In this document: piece after piece, positions 40,742 to 53,834 of the stretch
Layout of the letters: each line of letters opens with the position of its first letter
Numbering within the stretch: the first letter of the stretch is position 1
Assembly (NCBI GenBank): GCA_002104945.1
Contig: MCFH01000075.1
Location: 62,001 to 126,000 of the forward strand
Source of the DNA: Piromyces finnis finn
Lineage: Eukaryota; Fungi; Neocallimastigomycota
Length of the DNA: 64,000 nucleotides
Reading direction: 5' to 3'
Program-made: the position numbers and the translations under genes
Notes under the pieces: generated by a model
What the model saw: only the letters and a program-made list of their open reading frames with translations
Database searches by the model: none
What the model was told of the DNA's origin: nothing

Positions 40742-43700
40742 ACTGGTAATGGTTCTGGTTCGAATACAGATTATCCTTGTCGTGTTACTTTGCGAAACTA
40801 TAGACACTTTTTCAAGAAAGCTGATGAATCAGTTCCTGGAATGAGAGGTTTATATTTAGGTTTTCACAATTCGTGTCAAGCCTCACTTGAAAACTTCTCT
40901 GGAAAGTATATTATTTCTATTTATACTTTTAGTCTTTGGAATAGATTCAAATGCTCGATTGGAAATGTTTATATGCCTCATAGTCATCACAACATCTATG
41001 TTGATCATGCAAAGTTAGAAGTTCGCTTGTGGTTACAAACTCATTCATCCCATCCATCGATTCTTGTTGGTGATTTTAATATGTCTAAAGTTAAATTATC
41101 CAACTGGTTATCAACTAATGGATTAGGAGATTGGGAAATTCTTCCGCTTAGAGGGTCGACTATCTCTTGGACTCGAGGTGATCAATCTTCCGACATTGAC
41201 CATGCTCTTATCAATTTGAAGATGAAAGATCTTATTCACTCAGGATCATTTATAAATAATTTTTATCCTGTATCAGACCATAAGCCACTTCTTATTAATG
41301 GTAAAATTATTCCTATGGAAGATTTTTCTAATGACTTTAATGTTCCTAAGAAAATTCTGAAATGGAATAGATTAAAATGTATTGAGGAAAAGGAATCTAT
41401 TCTCAGTCATAATAAATTCCAAATACTTTCATCAAAATTCAACGATCCTAATGTTTCTACAGATGAACTTTCCAAAGAGTTTACTTCAACTGCTTTTTCA
41501 ATTGCAGACGAGCTCAGTATTACCTCAGCAAATAATGTTATAAAGTCTTCATTTCATATTTCACAACAAATTTTTAATCTTCAAAGAATCAAAATGAAGT
41601 TATATAAGAGATTTAAAAAAGAAAGAATTTATGATATAGATGAATTTATTAAAAGAATTAAAATCTACCGTAAGCTCATTGATTACATCCACAAAAGATG
41701 TAATGAATTTAGGAAACAAGAATATCTTCATTGGATTAAAACAGGTTGTGAGTATATGAAGAGTCATAATCCTAAGAAGGCCTGGAAATGGATCAAGAAA
41801 ACTGCAAAAATTGGAAAAGATTCCTTCTTTATTGCTCAACCAATTAAAAATAAAAATGGAGAATTAGTTGTTGCTACGGAAGAACAACTTGAAGTGTGGC
41901 ATGATCATTTCGAAAACCTTGCATCAGATCCAAGTGGTGTAAGTTTTGATTTGGAGCATTGGTATGAAGAACCAACGAATAAACGTTTTTCACTTCCTAT
42001 GCTTGATGAATGGGATATCAACCAAGATATTAGTATTGATGAAGTCAAGTCAGCTATCCTCTCTACTCCAAATTATAAAGCATCAGGTCCGGATGGTATT
42101 CCAATTGAATTTTACAAAGCATTAATTCCATCAAGTAATGATTCTAATAATGCTACAGGTAATAATTCTTCCGGTAATACCACTTCAGATAATGATGCTC
42201 ATGGTTTAAATTTTATACTTAAATTATTCAACCGTATTTGGGATGGAGACTTCCCCAACTCATGGAATGAATCCAGTATTGTTTCTATTCCTAAGAAGGG
42301 AGATTTGACAGATTGTGATAACTATCGAGGTATATCACTTATCAATAATGGTATTAAGTTGATTTCAAAAATTGTCACCACTAGAATCTCAGAATATGGT
42401 TTAAAGAATAATTTCATTAGACCTGAACAATTTGGTTTTCGAAAAAAGGAAGAAAGTATCAGTCTTTTCATTTCAATCCAAGAAATATGCCGTAGACGTC
42501 AATTAGAAAATAAAGAGACATATTTGGCCTTTTTAGATCTCAGGAAAGCATACGATTCAGTCCCAATCGGTAATATTCTCCATAAATTAGATTGTTTAGG
42601 AATCCGAGGTAAGAGTTTACAATTTATCAAAAATTTATATTTAACATCTAAGGCTAATGTCAAATTAGATGGACAATTCTCGAAATCTTTTGATGTGAAG
42701 AAAGGAGTCCGTCAAGGATGCCCTCTTTCTCCTATTCTCTTTAATCTCTTTATTAATGATATATTTAAAGAGTGCGAAGATCTAGGAGTCAGTTTAGGTG
42801 ACACTCAATGCTGTGGTGGACTTTTTGCAGATGATATAGTTATTTGTGCTCCAACAAGAGGATGCTTAAAAAAGATGCTTAGAAGAGTTAATGAATGGGC
42901 CTTGTATAATGAAATGGAATTTGGTATCCAGAAGTGTTCAACGATGGTGATTCGTCCTGAATCAATAGAAAATCAGAACAAGAGAGATCCAACATTTTAC
43001 TTAGCAGGACAACCCATTCCAACTACTGATTGTTATACTTATCTTGGTGTTCCAATTTGATAAGAATCTGTCCCTTAAACCAGTTATTAAAACTCTTAAT
43101 AACAAAGTTTTGAAAGGACTTTTTTCAGTCAGTAAATTCTTAAGAAATCCTAATATTCCTATTCCCTTCAAAAAACTAGTACTTAACTCACAAGTGATTA
43201 GCAGAGTTTCATACTTTGCACCATTACTTGGATCCAACAAAGCTAGGTCTAGGATTGCTCAGAAGCATGTTAACAAAGGAATACGATGGGTTGCCGGAGT
43301 TCATAAAGCTGTATCGTTTATATCTTTATACTCTATTTCAAAAGATTTGAATATTCCTCCATTGTCAGCCAAATATGCGTTAGCTCAGGTTAGATGTTTT
43401 AACAAATGGAAAAACTCAAATTGTATTATCTCACACCTTGTCAATTACATTCCTAAATTTAGAAAATACACGTGGTGCAAATCAAGTAGGACACTTGATA
43501 AAAAACTAAAGAAACATGGAGATGTTAAAGCAGTTAAAAACTTTTATTGGAAAGATCTCAAAGGGAATTCAATCAAAGCGCAATATTATGATGATAATAA
43601 ATTTATTGAAACTAAAGATTTTATTAAATTATGTTATGAGTACCCAGAGTTTGCCTATGGCTTCTACTGGCTATTGAAAGCAAGAAGCGGATACAAGTTG

Positions 43701-44747
43701 GATGCTAGAGTTGCCAAAGCTGCTAAATTTGTTGATCCAGTTTGTCCTAACTACTGTCCATGTTGCAAGTGTGGAGATCAAAGTATTAAACATTGGTTAT
43801 TAGATTGTCCAGCATTTAGAGATATCCGTATTAAACATTATGATTCCATAGTCCAGCTATTAAATTTTTTCAGTCAACGTAATTCCAATAGTCCTATCAA
43901 TAATAATGAAATTGATAATATCAGTAGAGATAGTAATAACATTAATAGTAATAGTAACAATAGTAGTAATAACAATAGTAATAGTAACAATAGTAATAGT
44001 AACAATAGTAATAGTAACAATAGTAATAATAACAATAGTAGTAATAGAAATAGTAATAATAACAATAGTAATAATAACAATAATAGAAATAATAATATTA
44101 GTAATGATAGCAATAGTGAAGATAATAATTCTAATTTAGATAGTAATTTAGTTAATGATAGTAATAGTTCTAATAATCCGGTGAATATTAATGTGTATGA
44201 TTATTCTAGTGTGTGCAGTAAAATATTTAAATTCCTTCTTGGGGGAAGAAGTTTTAACAATATTAATTACAATTCAAGGGAATGGAAAGAACTTTGTAAG
44301 CGTCAGATTCAATCTGGTACTAACGAAGGAACACCATTCTTGACGGTAACCGCGGAACTTCTAACCAAAATCATGCCTTTTGCTATTGGCCAGCAATGGT
44401 CAATGTTCAAAAGGTTTGAAGCAACATCCAAGAGCGTCAATGCTGAAGAAACAGTAAGACAGGCCAGGAGGGCCAGCGCAACCAATGGAGATCATAATTT
44501 TGTTCCATGACAAAATTTTGATCTTTGGCTCGGTGTCCCATTGGAAGTCAAATACAATTATTGTACTTTAGTATGATAGTGGCTTTCTTACTTTAATTAA
44601 AATTACTAGAATACATTATACCCAATTTTTATTCATTTGTGTTTATTTAAACATATTTTTTTTTATTTTTATTTTAATTTTAATTTTTTTATTACATGTA
44701 TTATAATTTTAATTAAATTAATAATAAAGTTTAAAATATTTGATGCC

Positions 44748-44779
<32 letters not shown>
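40742..44779 (+). mobile_element. 5'-truncated young family A LINE (copy A3) with a +1 frameshift after the RT core
   Basis: Starts inside the APE domain; near-identical to A1; poly(A) from 44751; perfect 13-bp TSD AAATCAACAAATA at 40729-40741 and 44780-44792; GTTCCAATTTG versus A1 GTTCCATTTG splits the ORF into 40790-43060 and 43044-44510. Confidence 0.95.
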
Positions 44780-44782
<3 letters not shown>

Positions 44783-44785
<3 letters not shown>

Positions 44786-45378
44786 ACAAATATTTTGAAA
44801 ATGATTTTATTATATTAATTAAAATCATGAAACATATATTGTAAAAAATAAATTTAATTAAATACAGATGAATAAAAAATGGTATAATGGGGACCACTTG
44901 TAAATTTTTACTAGTTTTTTGAATGAAATGGGAGCATATAAGTTTCTTAATTATTAATTTCAATCATTAATTTTATTAATTTTGCTAGCTGAAAAAAAAA
45001 AAAAAAAAAAACTTACAAAATTTTATTATAAAGAGCTTTAATAATCCATATATAATGAAATATGCGTAGCTATCAGTAATTAGAATGGTTTTACCAGCTA
45101 ATAAAAATGTTGAATTTATTTTTCTCTGAGATTTCTTTGATTCAGAAGGAATCATCAATTCTGAATATCTCTTGATACTTTATCAGTTTTTTATTATACA
45201 TGACGAAATTGCATATTCTATTTACTAATTATTTAAGGCATTAATGAGGTACAAATAATTCTATTATCTGCAAAGAGTCTTTCCCATCAGCGCGAACTTC
45301 CTATACTAACACCAAAATCTAAATACTTTTCAAAATTAATAAGAAATTAGAGAAATTGGACAACTTTGTTGTACTTAT
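44783..45378 (-). pseudogene. Ancient, internally deleted A-like LINE relic (RT fragment plus 3' UTR)
   Basis: Broken translation VQQSCPISLI..GVSIGSSR*WERLFADNRIIC..STFLLAGKTILITDSYAY..IIKALYNKIL matches A GVRQGCPLSPI..GVSLGDTRCCGGLFADDIVIC..PTFYLAGQPIPTTDCYTY..VIKALNNKVL; 44790-44890 resembles the A 3' UTR. Confidence 0.7.
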
Positions 45379-45381
45379 TAA

Positions 45382-46971
45382 TTTTTTTTAGACAAGGAAA
45401 AGAATATACTTCTTTTATTTATTCATTTAATTTACAATGTTATATTATATTTGGTGAAAATATATATTGGTATAATAAAATATAAATAATAAATAAGAAT
45501 AATAAAATATAAATAAATATAGATAAAATATAACTATAAAATAAGTATTTAAGTTACATAAAGATTTAATGAACTCTGCAGATTTTACTGCGTGGGATTG
45601 GTCCCTACCTAATAAATTAAATGAAATAAAATAAAAAAGAGAAATAACATCAGATATGATAGTGTGATATCCACTAAACTTTATATATGAAACATGAGAC
45701 CCCGATGAACTGTAAAGTTGTTCATTCAAATGTCTTTATTCTACATTATCGATTTGTAGTTCATCACAAGTTAAAGTTCCACCAAGAAGGAACATACAAA
45801 TATAGTTATAAAATATTTTTCTTACTATTTTGAGGAGTAAGTGATAAATTGATTCTTATATTTATTATAAAAAAAGGTAAAAAGATCGTCAAAAAAAGCT
45901 AAGTGAAGAAATTATGTATTCAGAAAATGCAAAACATCTTAAAATCCAATAGTGAAAAAAAAATGTTCATCATATCCGCAACATGGACAGATACGAAGGT
46001 AGTCAGGAGTAACTCTATTACTTGCAATAGCAATTCTTGAGGTGTTTTCATAATTGCATTTAATATGAAGAATCCAAGTAGTTCCTAAACTTAAGTGAGG
46101 TTTGTTGAGACCAATTTGAATTAAGGGGTTTGTTGTTAGTATATCTGAGGACTTTACTTCCATTATTTTGGTTACTATCATTCCAATAATGTTTTCTAAT
46201 ATTTTTAACATTTCTAATATTTATTTTTATAAGTTTCTTATGTAGAGAACAAGAATTTTTGGCCCAAGAGTAAGACATAGGAAGAATAAGTCGGACGAGA
46301 TCTTTTATAATACAGTTTAATTTTCTTCATTTAACAAAGCATTTCACTTATTACTGTAAGAGTATACAGACTAATAAATGAATTTCGTTCAAAAATAGAA
46401 TCATTGTTATTTAGACTTTTATTTTGGAAGTTATTGACACTTCATAGAATAACAGTATTGATTATAGATTGAACTCTACGAGTTTTACTTTTATTGGAAT
46501 CAAGTAATAGTGTATAATAAGGTATTTAACTTAAAATATAGTCATTCATTCCTATATTTTTTAAACTAATAGGAAAACAATTGTTGGTAAAAAGGCTTTT
46601 AAAAGAGAATAAATATATATACTCTTTTTATATATATTAGATAGAATAGGAGTTAGTGAAAGTTTCTCGTCAAATGGGATTCCAAGGTAAGTATACCAAG
46701 AAACCTTTGGAATTTAGTACATACTAATGTATAATATTAGGTCTACATAACTATGGGATCTATTAAAATTGATAGAATTAACAATATTAGTTGCACATTT
46801 ATTTTATTCTAAAAGATATTTCATTTAAATTGGCCCAATTAAGAACAAGACTGAGCATTCTTTGAAGGTTCTTCTTTCTAGGAGCAATCAGAACAATGTC
46901 ATCAACAAAAAGGTCACCATAGCAACGTTTATTTCCTTAACTAACACCAAGTCTTTCTCATTTATTTAAAA
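45382..46971 (-). pseudogene. Degenerate older family B LINE (B'), 3' part; its upstream continuation lies at 52775-52896
   Basis: Co-linear with element B from the RT region to the tct-poly(A) end, with stops, frameshifts and deletions. Confidence 0.9.
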
Positions 46972-47057
46972 TAAAATATAATTGATTTTTTTTTTTTTTT
47001 TTTTTTTAGACTAGGAAGAGAATACACATCTTTTATTTATTTATTTAATTTGAGATA

Positions 47058-50000
47058 TTACATAACATTAGGTGATAATACATATTGATATTGATATAAT
47101 AAATAATAATAATAAATAATAAAATATATATAAATAAAAATATAAATATAAAATAATATAAAATAATTATTTAAGTTGCATAAAAGTTCAATGAACTCTG
47201 CAATTTGTACTGTGTGGGATTGGTCCCTACCTAATAAATTAAATGAAATAAAAAAAAGAAGTAACATCAGGTATGATAGTGTGGTGTCCACTAAACTCTC
47301 CCATGAGTTCATAATGTTTTCATTCGAATTTGAGGAAATACTAACATTGAACCCTGTGTACGGAACATTGGAAATGTTCCTTTGCCATATCGGTACGACG
47401 TCGGCGCTCTTGATTACGTTAGGTGTCTTACTAAACCTATCAAAAAGTAGCTTCATAGAGCTACTAATGATAGGGATTGTTTTAGTAAGAAAAGCCGCGA
47501 GACCCTCTACATATGGAACATGAGACCCCGATGAACTGTAAAGCTGTTCATTCAAATGTCTTTGTTCCGCCTTATCGATTTGTAGCTCATCATAAGCTAA
47601 AGTTCCACCAAGAAGGAACGTAAAAATATAGTTATAAATTATTTTTCTTACTTCCGTTTCGGGAAGTAAGTATGTGATGAATTGATTCTTATATTTATTG
47701 TAAAAAAGGGTAAAAAGATCGTCAAGAAAGCTAAGTGAAGAAGCTCTGTATTCAGAGAATGCAGAACATTCTAATATCCAATGGTAAAAAGATTGTTCGT
47801 CATATCCGCAACATGGACAGACACGAGGGCAGTCAGGAGTAACTCTATTACTGGCAATAGCAATTCGGGTAGTATTTTCATAACCGCATCGAATACGAAT
47901 AATCCAGGTAATTCCTAAATTTAAGTGAGGTTTGTTGAGACCGATATGCATTAGGCGATTTGAATTAAGGAATTTGTTGTTAGTATATCTGAGGGCCTTA
48001 CTTCCATTATTTAGGCTACTATTATTCCAATAATATTCTCTAATATCTTTAGTACTTTTAATATTTATTTTCATAAGCTTCTTATGTAGTAAACAAGATT
48101 CTTTGGCCCAAGAGTAATGAGACATGGGAGGAATAGATCGGACGAGATCTTTAATTATACAATTTAATTTTCTCCATTTAACAAAGCATTTCACTTGTTG
48201 CGCAGCACAAATACCTGAAAGGGTAGGAATCTTCATATCTCTTGTAAGAGCATACAGACTAATAAATGAATTTCGTTCAAAAACAAAATATTTGTTATTA
48301 AAACTTTTATTGTGAAAGCTATTGACACTCCATAAAACAGCAGTATTGATAAGAGATTGGACTCTTCTAGTTCTATTTTTGTTGGAACCAAGCAAAGGAG
48401 CATAATAAGAGACTTTGCTTAAAATATAAGAATGAATTACTATGTTTTTTAAGCCAATAGGAACACAATTGTTGGTGAGGAAGTTCTTAAAAGAGAATAA
48501 AGATTTCTGAACTTTTTTGTACATATTAGACAGAATAGGAGTCAAAGAAAGATCTTCGTCGAATGGGATTCCAAGATAAGTATAGCAAGAAACCTTTGGA
48601 ATCGAGTACATACCGATGTAAAATGTTGGGTCGACATAACTAGGGGATCTATTAAAGTTGATAGGTTTAACAACAATAGTTGCACATTTATTTATTCCAA
48701 AAGACATTTCATTTAAATTAGCCCAATCAAGGACTAGATTGAGCATCTTTTGAAGGTTCTTCTTACTAGGAGCAATCAAAACAATGTCATCAGCGAAAAG
48801 GCCACCACAACAACGTTTATTACCTAAGCTAACTCCAAGCCTTTCACATTTATTTAAAATATCATTGATAAAGAGGTTAAACAGTATAGGAGAAAGAGGA
48901 CATCCTTGTCTTACACCACGGTTTATAGGGAATTCATTGGAAAGCATATCCAAGAAACACGCACGAGCTTTAGAGGTAGAGTAGAGATTATTGAGAAAAT
49001 CAAAACATTTACCACGTATACCTAATTTATATAACTTTGTAAGGATATTAAAAATAGGAACTGAGTCGTATGCTTTTTTAAGGTCTAGAAAGGCGACATA
49101 AGTGGCTTTTCCTTTAAATTTTCTTCTTTGACAGATTTCTCTAATGGAAATAAATAAGCTAATACATTCTTCTTTATTGCGAAAACCAAATTGCTCAGGT
49201 CTTATAAAATTATGAGAAAGAGCATACTTTGAAATTCTATTAGTTACAATTTTTGAAATAATTTTAAGACCTACATTGATGAGAGAAATACCACGATAAT
49301 TATTACAGTCTGAAAGATCGCCTTTCTTTGGAATAGAAACAATGGAAGTAGAGTTCCATTTCAAAGGAAAGGAACCATTCCAGATTTTATTAAAAATTAA
49401 TTTAAGATAATTTCCAGCAGACTTATGTTCTTTCTCCAGTTCTTCGTTACAAAAGAAGGCTTTGAAAAATTCAATTGGGATACCATCGGGACCTGGAGCC
49501 TTGTTATTCTTCATTGACAGAACAACATTTCTAATTTCCTCAATAGAAATGGGACCATTTATATCCCATGCTATTTGATTGATATGGTTGAATTGGAAGG
49601 CTCTTTCCCAGTAACCACGATTTAAGCTGTGATTTGTAACATCAGATGCAAGATTTTCATAATGTTCAGCCCAACGTTTTAATTGTTCTTGAGGAGTAAA
49701 TAAATCCTTGCCATTCTTGTCCTTAATAGTTGAAACATGGGAGGACGAATAACTTGGTTTGGCAAGTTTTTTAAGGCCTTTCCAACCTTGTCTAAAGCTT
49801 TTATCAATAAAATGTTTACCGATAGAAATAATATTAGCTTTATAGAGATTGGATCTGAATTTGCTCTTAACCTTTTTGATGGTATTACATAGATTTTGGT
49901 ATATGGAGAACTGGTTAAGATAATTTTCCATGTCAGCGCAATCTGAAAGGGGCTTAATATTTTTGTAAGCCAGGTGTTTTTCATGTGATAAGTTTTTGAT

Positions 50001-51356
50001 GTATTGAGGGCAATGGAATGCTGGACCTTTTAAATCTGCAGGCACAATGGCTTTTATTTCTTTACCTATAGTTTTGGAAGTATCTAAAAATCTTGAAACC
50101 ATATCGTCAGCCGAAAGGCTATCGCAATTAGCTTCAAGCTCGGAAGCTAGAACAGCAAAGCGATTACTAGTAAGAATGTCAGAACACTTTGTGTTACAGA
50201 TATGACTTGACCACTTAAAGGTCTTCTTAGGCTTTTTGAAACCATCCGAAGAGTCTTTTTTACAAGACACAAGGATCGGTTTGTGATCAGAAACATCGTG
50301 GAAAACTTCACAAACTGAAGATTTGTTTGTGTGTTCTGTCATAGCTTTGTTGTATATAATATGATCAATGCATGAAGATTTAGATCCTTTTTCCCAGGTA
50401 AAATTATTACCAGTTAACTCAGCCATAGTCCAATCCGGGAAGTGTTGTGATATATAAGATTTGATTTTAATAGCTGACATATTAAAGTCTCCTACAAGGA
50501 TAGCTGGGTGGTTGAATTTGTTATGCGTTGTTAACCACTTATCAAGTTCATCAAAGGCAATTAATCTAGCATCCGGCCATCTAGTTTGCGGGAAGTAAAT
50601 ATTACCGATGGTACATCTCTGGTTCCAAAATGACAATATTGTAACTGAAATGATGTACTTATATAGAAGAGGTTCAGGAGTAAAGGAACAAGAATTATGA
50701 ACACCAATGTAAAGTCCTCTCATACCTGGAACTTTAGGATTAGCACGTCTGTGTACTGGTTTATAGTTCGGTAGGCATGGGGAGGAAATTGCATTACCAC
50801 AGAGGAATTGGCTGTTACCTACTTCTTGAAGACAGACACATACAGGTTTGAAAACAGAGATGAAGTATAAAACACCGTCCTTTTTCTCCGGGTTCCAACC
50901 ATTGATGTTCCAACAAGTACATAAGTTGAAAAAGGAAGCATTAGAGCTTAGATGACTAAAATAGAAATCGTCAGAGAGTGGACCAGTAGTAGATTTGATA
51001 GATCGTTTGTTTTTGTATGATCTATTGTTTTTGAGCTTATCAATGAATTTCCAAGATATTTTACTAGAGATTGGGAGTTTTTCAGAAAGTGAGTGTATAA
51101 GTAACATCGCTTTAAGCGGACATTTTCCATTGACTTTAAGAATGAAATAGGTACCGAGTGATTGTGAATATTTTTTGGTGAGGGATTGAAGAATATCATT
51201 GAAAGGTTGAATGTCCTTTAAAAGAAATTCCATTAGTCGTTGTTTTGACCATGAACTAAGATCATGGATAAAAATTAGATATGATTTATTGGAGTTAGAT
51301 CCGAAGAAACGAAGACCACGTCGTAAGGTAGGTACAGTACAATTGGTATTGTTCAT
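47058..51356 (-). CDS. LINE polyprotein (N-terminal domain, APE, RT, CCHC), family B
   Basis: CWNING, CLQEV, LVGDFN, CIDH, VSDHKP; APGPDG, IPKKG, YRGISL, QFGFR, FLDLKKAYD, GVRQGCPLSPILF, LFADD, YTYLG; CPCC..H.ILEC. Confidence 0.96.
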   Translation of the reverse strand: MNNTNCTVPTLRRGLRFFGSNSNKSYLIFIHDLSSWSKQRLMEFLLKDIQPFNDILQSLTKKYSQSLGTYFILKVNGKCPLKAMLLIHSLSEKLPISSKISWKFIDKLKNNRSYKNKRSIKSTTGPLSDDFYFSHLSSNASFFNLCTCWNINGWNPEKKDGVLYFISVFKPVCVCLQEVGNSQFLCGNAISSPCLPNYKPVHRRANPKVPGMRGLYIGVHNSCSFTPEPLLYKYIISVTILSFWNQRCTIGNIYFPQTRWPDARLIAFDELDKWLTTHNKFNHPAILVGDFNMSAIKIKSYISQHFPDWTMAELTGNNFTWEKGSKSSCIDHIIYNKAMTEHTNKSSVCEVFHDVSDHKPILVSCKKDSSDGFKKPKKTFKWSSHICNTKCSDILTSNRFAVLASELEANCDSLSADDMVSRFLDTSKTIGKEIKAIVPADLKGPAFHCPQYIKNLSHEKHLAYKNIKPLSDCADMENYLNQFSIYQNLCNTIKKVKSKFRSNLYKANIISIGKHFIDKSFRQGWKGLKKLAKPSYSSSHVSTIKDKNGKDLFTPQEQLKRWAEHYENLASDVTNHSLNRGYWERAFQFNHINQIAWDINGPISIEEIRNVVLSMKNNKAPGPDGIPIEFFKAFFCNEELEKEHKSAGNYLKLIFNKIWNGSFPLKWNSTSIVSIPKKGDLSDCNNYRGISLINVGLKIISKIVTNRISKYALSHNFIRPEQFGFRNKEECISLFISIREICQRRKFKGKATYVAFLDLKKAYDSVPIFNILTKLYKLGIRGKCFDFLNNLYSTSKARACFLDMLSNEFPINRGVRQGCPLSPILFNLFINDILNKCERLGVSLGNKRCCGGLFADDIVLIAPSKKNLQKMLNLVLDWANLNEMSFGINKCATIVVKPINFNRSPSYVDPTFYIGMYSIPKVSCYTYLGIPFDEDLSLTPILSNMYKKVQKSLFSFKNFLTNNCVPIGLKNIVIHSYILSKVSYYAPLLGSNKNRTRRVQSLINTAVLWSVNSFHNKSFNNKYFVFERNSFISLYALTRDMKIPTLSGICAAQQVKCFVKWRKLNCIIKDLVRSIPPMSHYSWAKESCLLHKKLMKINIKSTKDIREYYWNNSSLNNGSKALRYTNNKFLNSNRLMHIGLNKPHLNLGITWIIRIRCGYENTTRIAIASNRVTPDCPRVCPCCGYDEQSFYHWILECSAFSEYRASSLSFLDDLFTLFYNKYKNQFITYLLPETEVRKIIYNYIFTFLLGGTLAYDELQIDKAEQRHLNEQLYSSSGSHVPYVEGLAAFLTKTIPIISSSMKLLFDRFSKTPNVIKSADVVPIWQRNISNVPYTGFNVSISSNSNENIMNSWESLVDTTLSYLMLLLFFISFNLLGRDQSHTVQIAEFIELLCNLNNYFILFYIYIFIYIYFIIYYYYLLYQYQYVLSPNVM

Positions 51357-52587
51357 TTTGAAAGAACTTATTATGACAATAGATATTAATAATTTGAAGT
51401 ATTGATATAATGATATAAATAAGATAATGAAATAAAATATATAGTAAAATAAAAATAATAATAGTAAAGACGGATATATTATATAGCAAGTGGATTATTT
51501 GTCAAACAATATTTTAAATTTTATAACTGGAAAAGTGGCTAAGTTGTTGACAAACTTAGTTCTAACTCTACTGAAGACTTTAAACGGGAAGATAAATTTT
51601 GAATATCTATCACTTTGGATTTCTGTATTATAACTGTATTTTGAAAGCTCTTTATATTTATAAGAATTGTATAATTTATTGGATGATTATTGTATTGTGT
51701 TGATTCTGATTGTTGAAATTGAACATTCATTTAGGTTGTTTATGTTGTAAGGTAGAGAGATAATAAGAGTGAAAAGTTGTTATATCAAAAATAATGGAAA
51801 AAAGTTGAAGAATTTTGGGTAAACATAATAAATTTTTTTTTTTTTTTTAAAGATAAAATTGAAACAAGAGTAGTATTTACAATATAAAAATAGAATACTT
51901 GATTTTCCAGGATAGAAGCTTTGATAATAAAAGTGTTAAAAAAAAGGTGTTAATACTTACCATAATAGTCCATAATAAACCTAATTAAGTTATACAGATA
52001 TATAAATATAAATATAATATAAAGTATAAGAAATATATATATATATAGAAAAGAGATAGAAAAAGTATACAAAAGAATGTTAGTAGAAAAGAGATTCCTT
52101 GGAAAATCTAGAGTTACAAAAAAATAAGAAATAAAAAAAGATATTACTAGAATCATATAAAATCATAAAGGAAAAATAAAAAAGCCGCGCCCCTCGAAAA
52201 TAATAAAAATAGAAAAAAATAAAAGATTAAATATGATTATAGTAATGAAAGCTGCACCCCACACGAAACTCAAGAATAAATAAAAGGAATAACAAACTAA
52301 CTGAAAAAACAAAACTATCTGACTAATCAACATATAAAGAATAAAAAAGGAATAAAAGAACAAAGAGAATAAATAGTAAACTGGGATAACAAATTATCGA
52401 TGAAAGCTAAAATAAAAATGAAATCAAGAAATATTCAAAATCAGTATTTAATACTACCGAATCAAACAATTTTAAGTTTAAAATAATATGTTATAAAAGT
52501 TGTTAAAGCAACTACTATCTAAAAAATAAGTTGAAGGTGTAAGGGATATATGATATAACAACTAACACTCAAATTATCAACTCTGTT

Positions 52588-52759
52588 CGCTCAGTACCAT
52601 GAGCTTAGTCCTAATAATATTTCCAAATAAAGACTAACCAAGTATCCATTGCGCAATACTTGGATTTAATTCTTTCTACTCTCTCAGTACCATGAGCATG
52701 AGTAGACCCCCTTGAGAAACTACATTTATTAAATAAATGAAGGCACGTACCCAAGAGGG
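52588..52759 (-). ncRNA. Putative structured RNA / internal-promoter module at the 5' end of LINE B (one monomer plus two hairpins)
   Basis: Near-identical to the A1 5' module; differences fall mainly in loops or preserve pairing. Confidence 0.6.
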
Positions 52760-52774
52760 TAAAATATTATTGAT

Positions 52775-52896
52775 GAAGAAATTAAATAGTATAGGAGAAA
52801 GAAGACATTCCTGTCTTACACCATGATTGATAAGAATTTCATTAGAAAGCACGAGCTTTTGAGTTGGAGTAAAGATATTAAGAAAATCAAAACATT
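52775..52896 (-). pseudogene. Upstream RT remnant of the old B' element, truncated at the GDH4 duplicated block
   Basis: Translates CFDFLNIF..HGVRQECLLSPILFNFFINNI, continuous across the TSD with 46971 and below. Confidence 0.85.
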
Positions 52897-52908
52897 TACA
52901 AATAATTT

Positions 52909-53407
<499 letters not shown>

Positions 53408-53834
53408 ACATCATTTAAAGAAAAATAATTTAAAACCATTTTTTTTTTAAATATTTTATTTATTTTATTATTTTATTAAATGTACTTTTTTATTATTATA
53501 TTATATTATATTACAAAAATTACAAATTGTTCAATTTTATACATATTATTCTCTCTATAAAGTTTTACTAATTAATTAAAACTTTTATGGTATATTGTTA
53601 GTATTAGTAGTAGGTGTTAATATTATTATTATTACTAGTATTAATATTAATAATTTAATTATTAATTTCAATCTTTACTTTAATAAATTTGGATAGTTAT
53701 GAAAATTTAATTGTTTCGTAATTAAATTCTTTGAATTAATTACTTTCAAAATTATTTATGAATTTTAAAATATTCCTTTCGAAATATTAAAGAAAACTTT
53801 TCTTTAAATAAAAAAAAAAAGGTTTTTAACTAAT

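Larger units (their letters stand above)
46987..52759 (-). mobile_element. Full-length young non-LTR retrotransposon, family B (~5.8 kb, single ORF), inserted into the RT of B'
   Basis: Poly(A) (T-run to 47007); 15-bp TSD TAAAATAT(A/T)ATTGAT at 46972-46986 and 52760-52774; the flanks rejoin into a continuous B' RT sequence; intact 1432-aa ORF. Confidence 0.95.
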
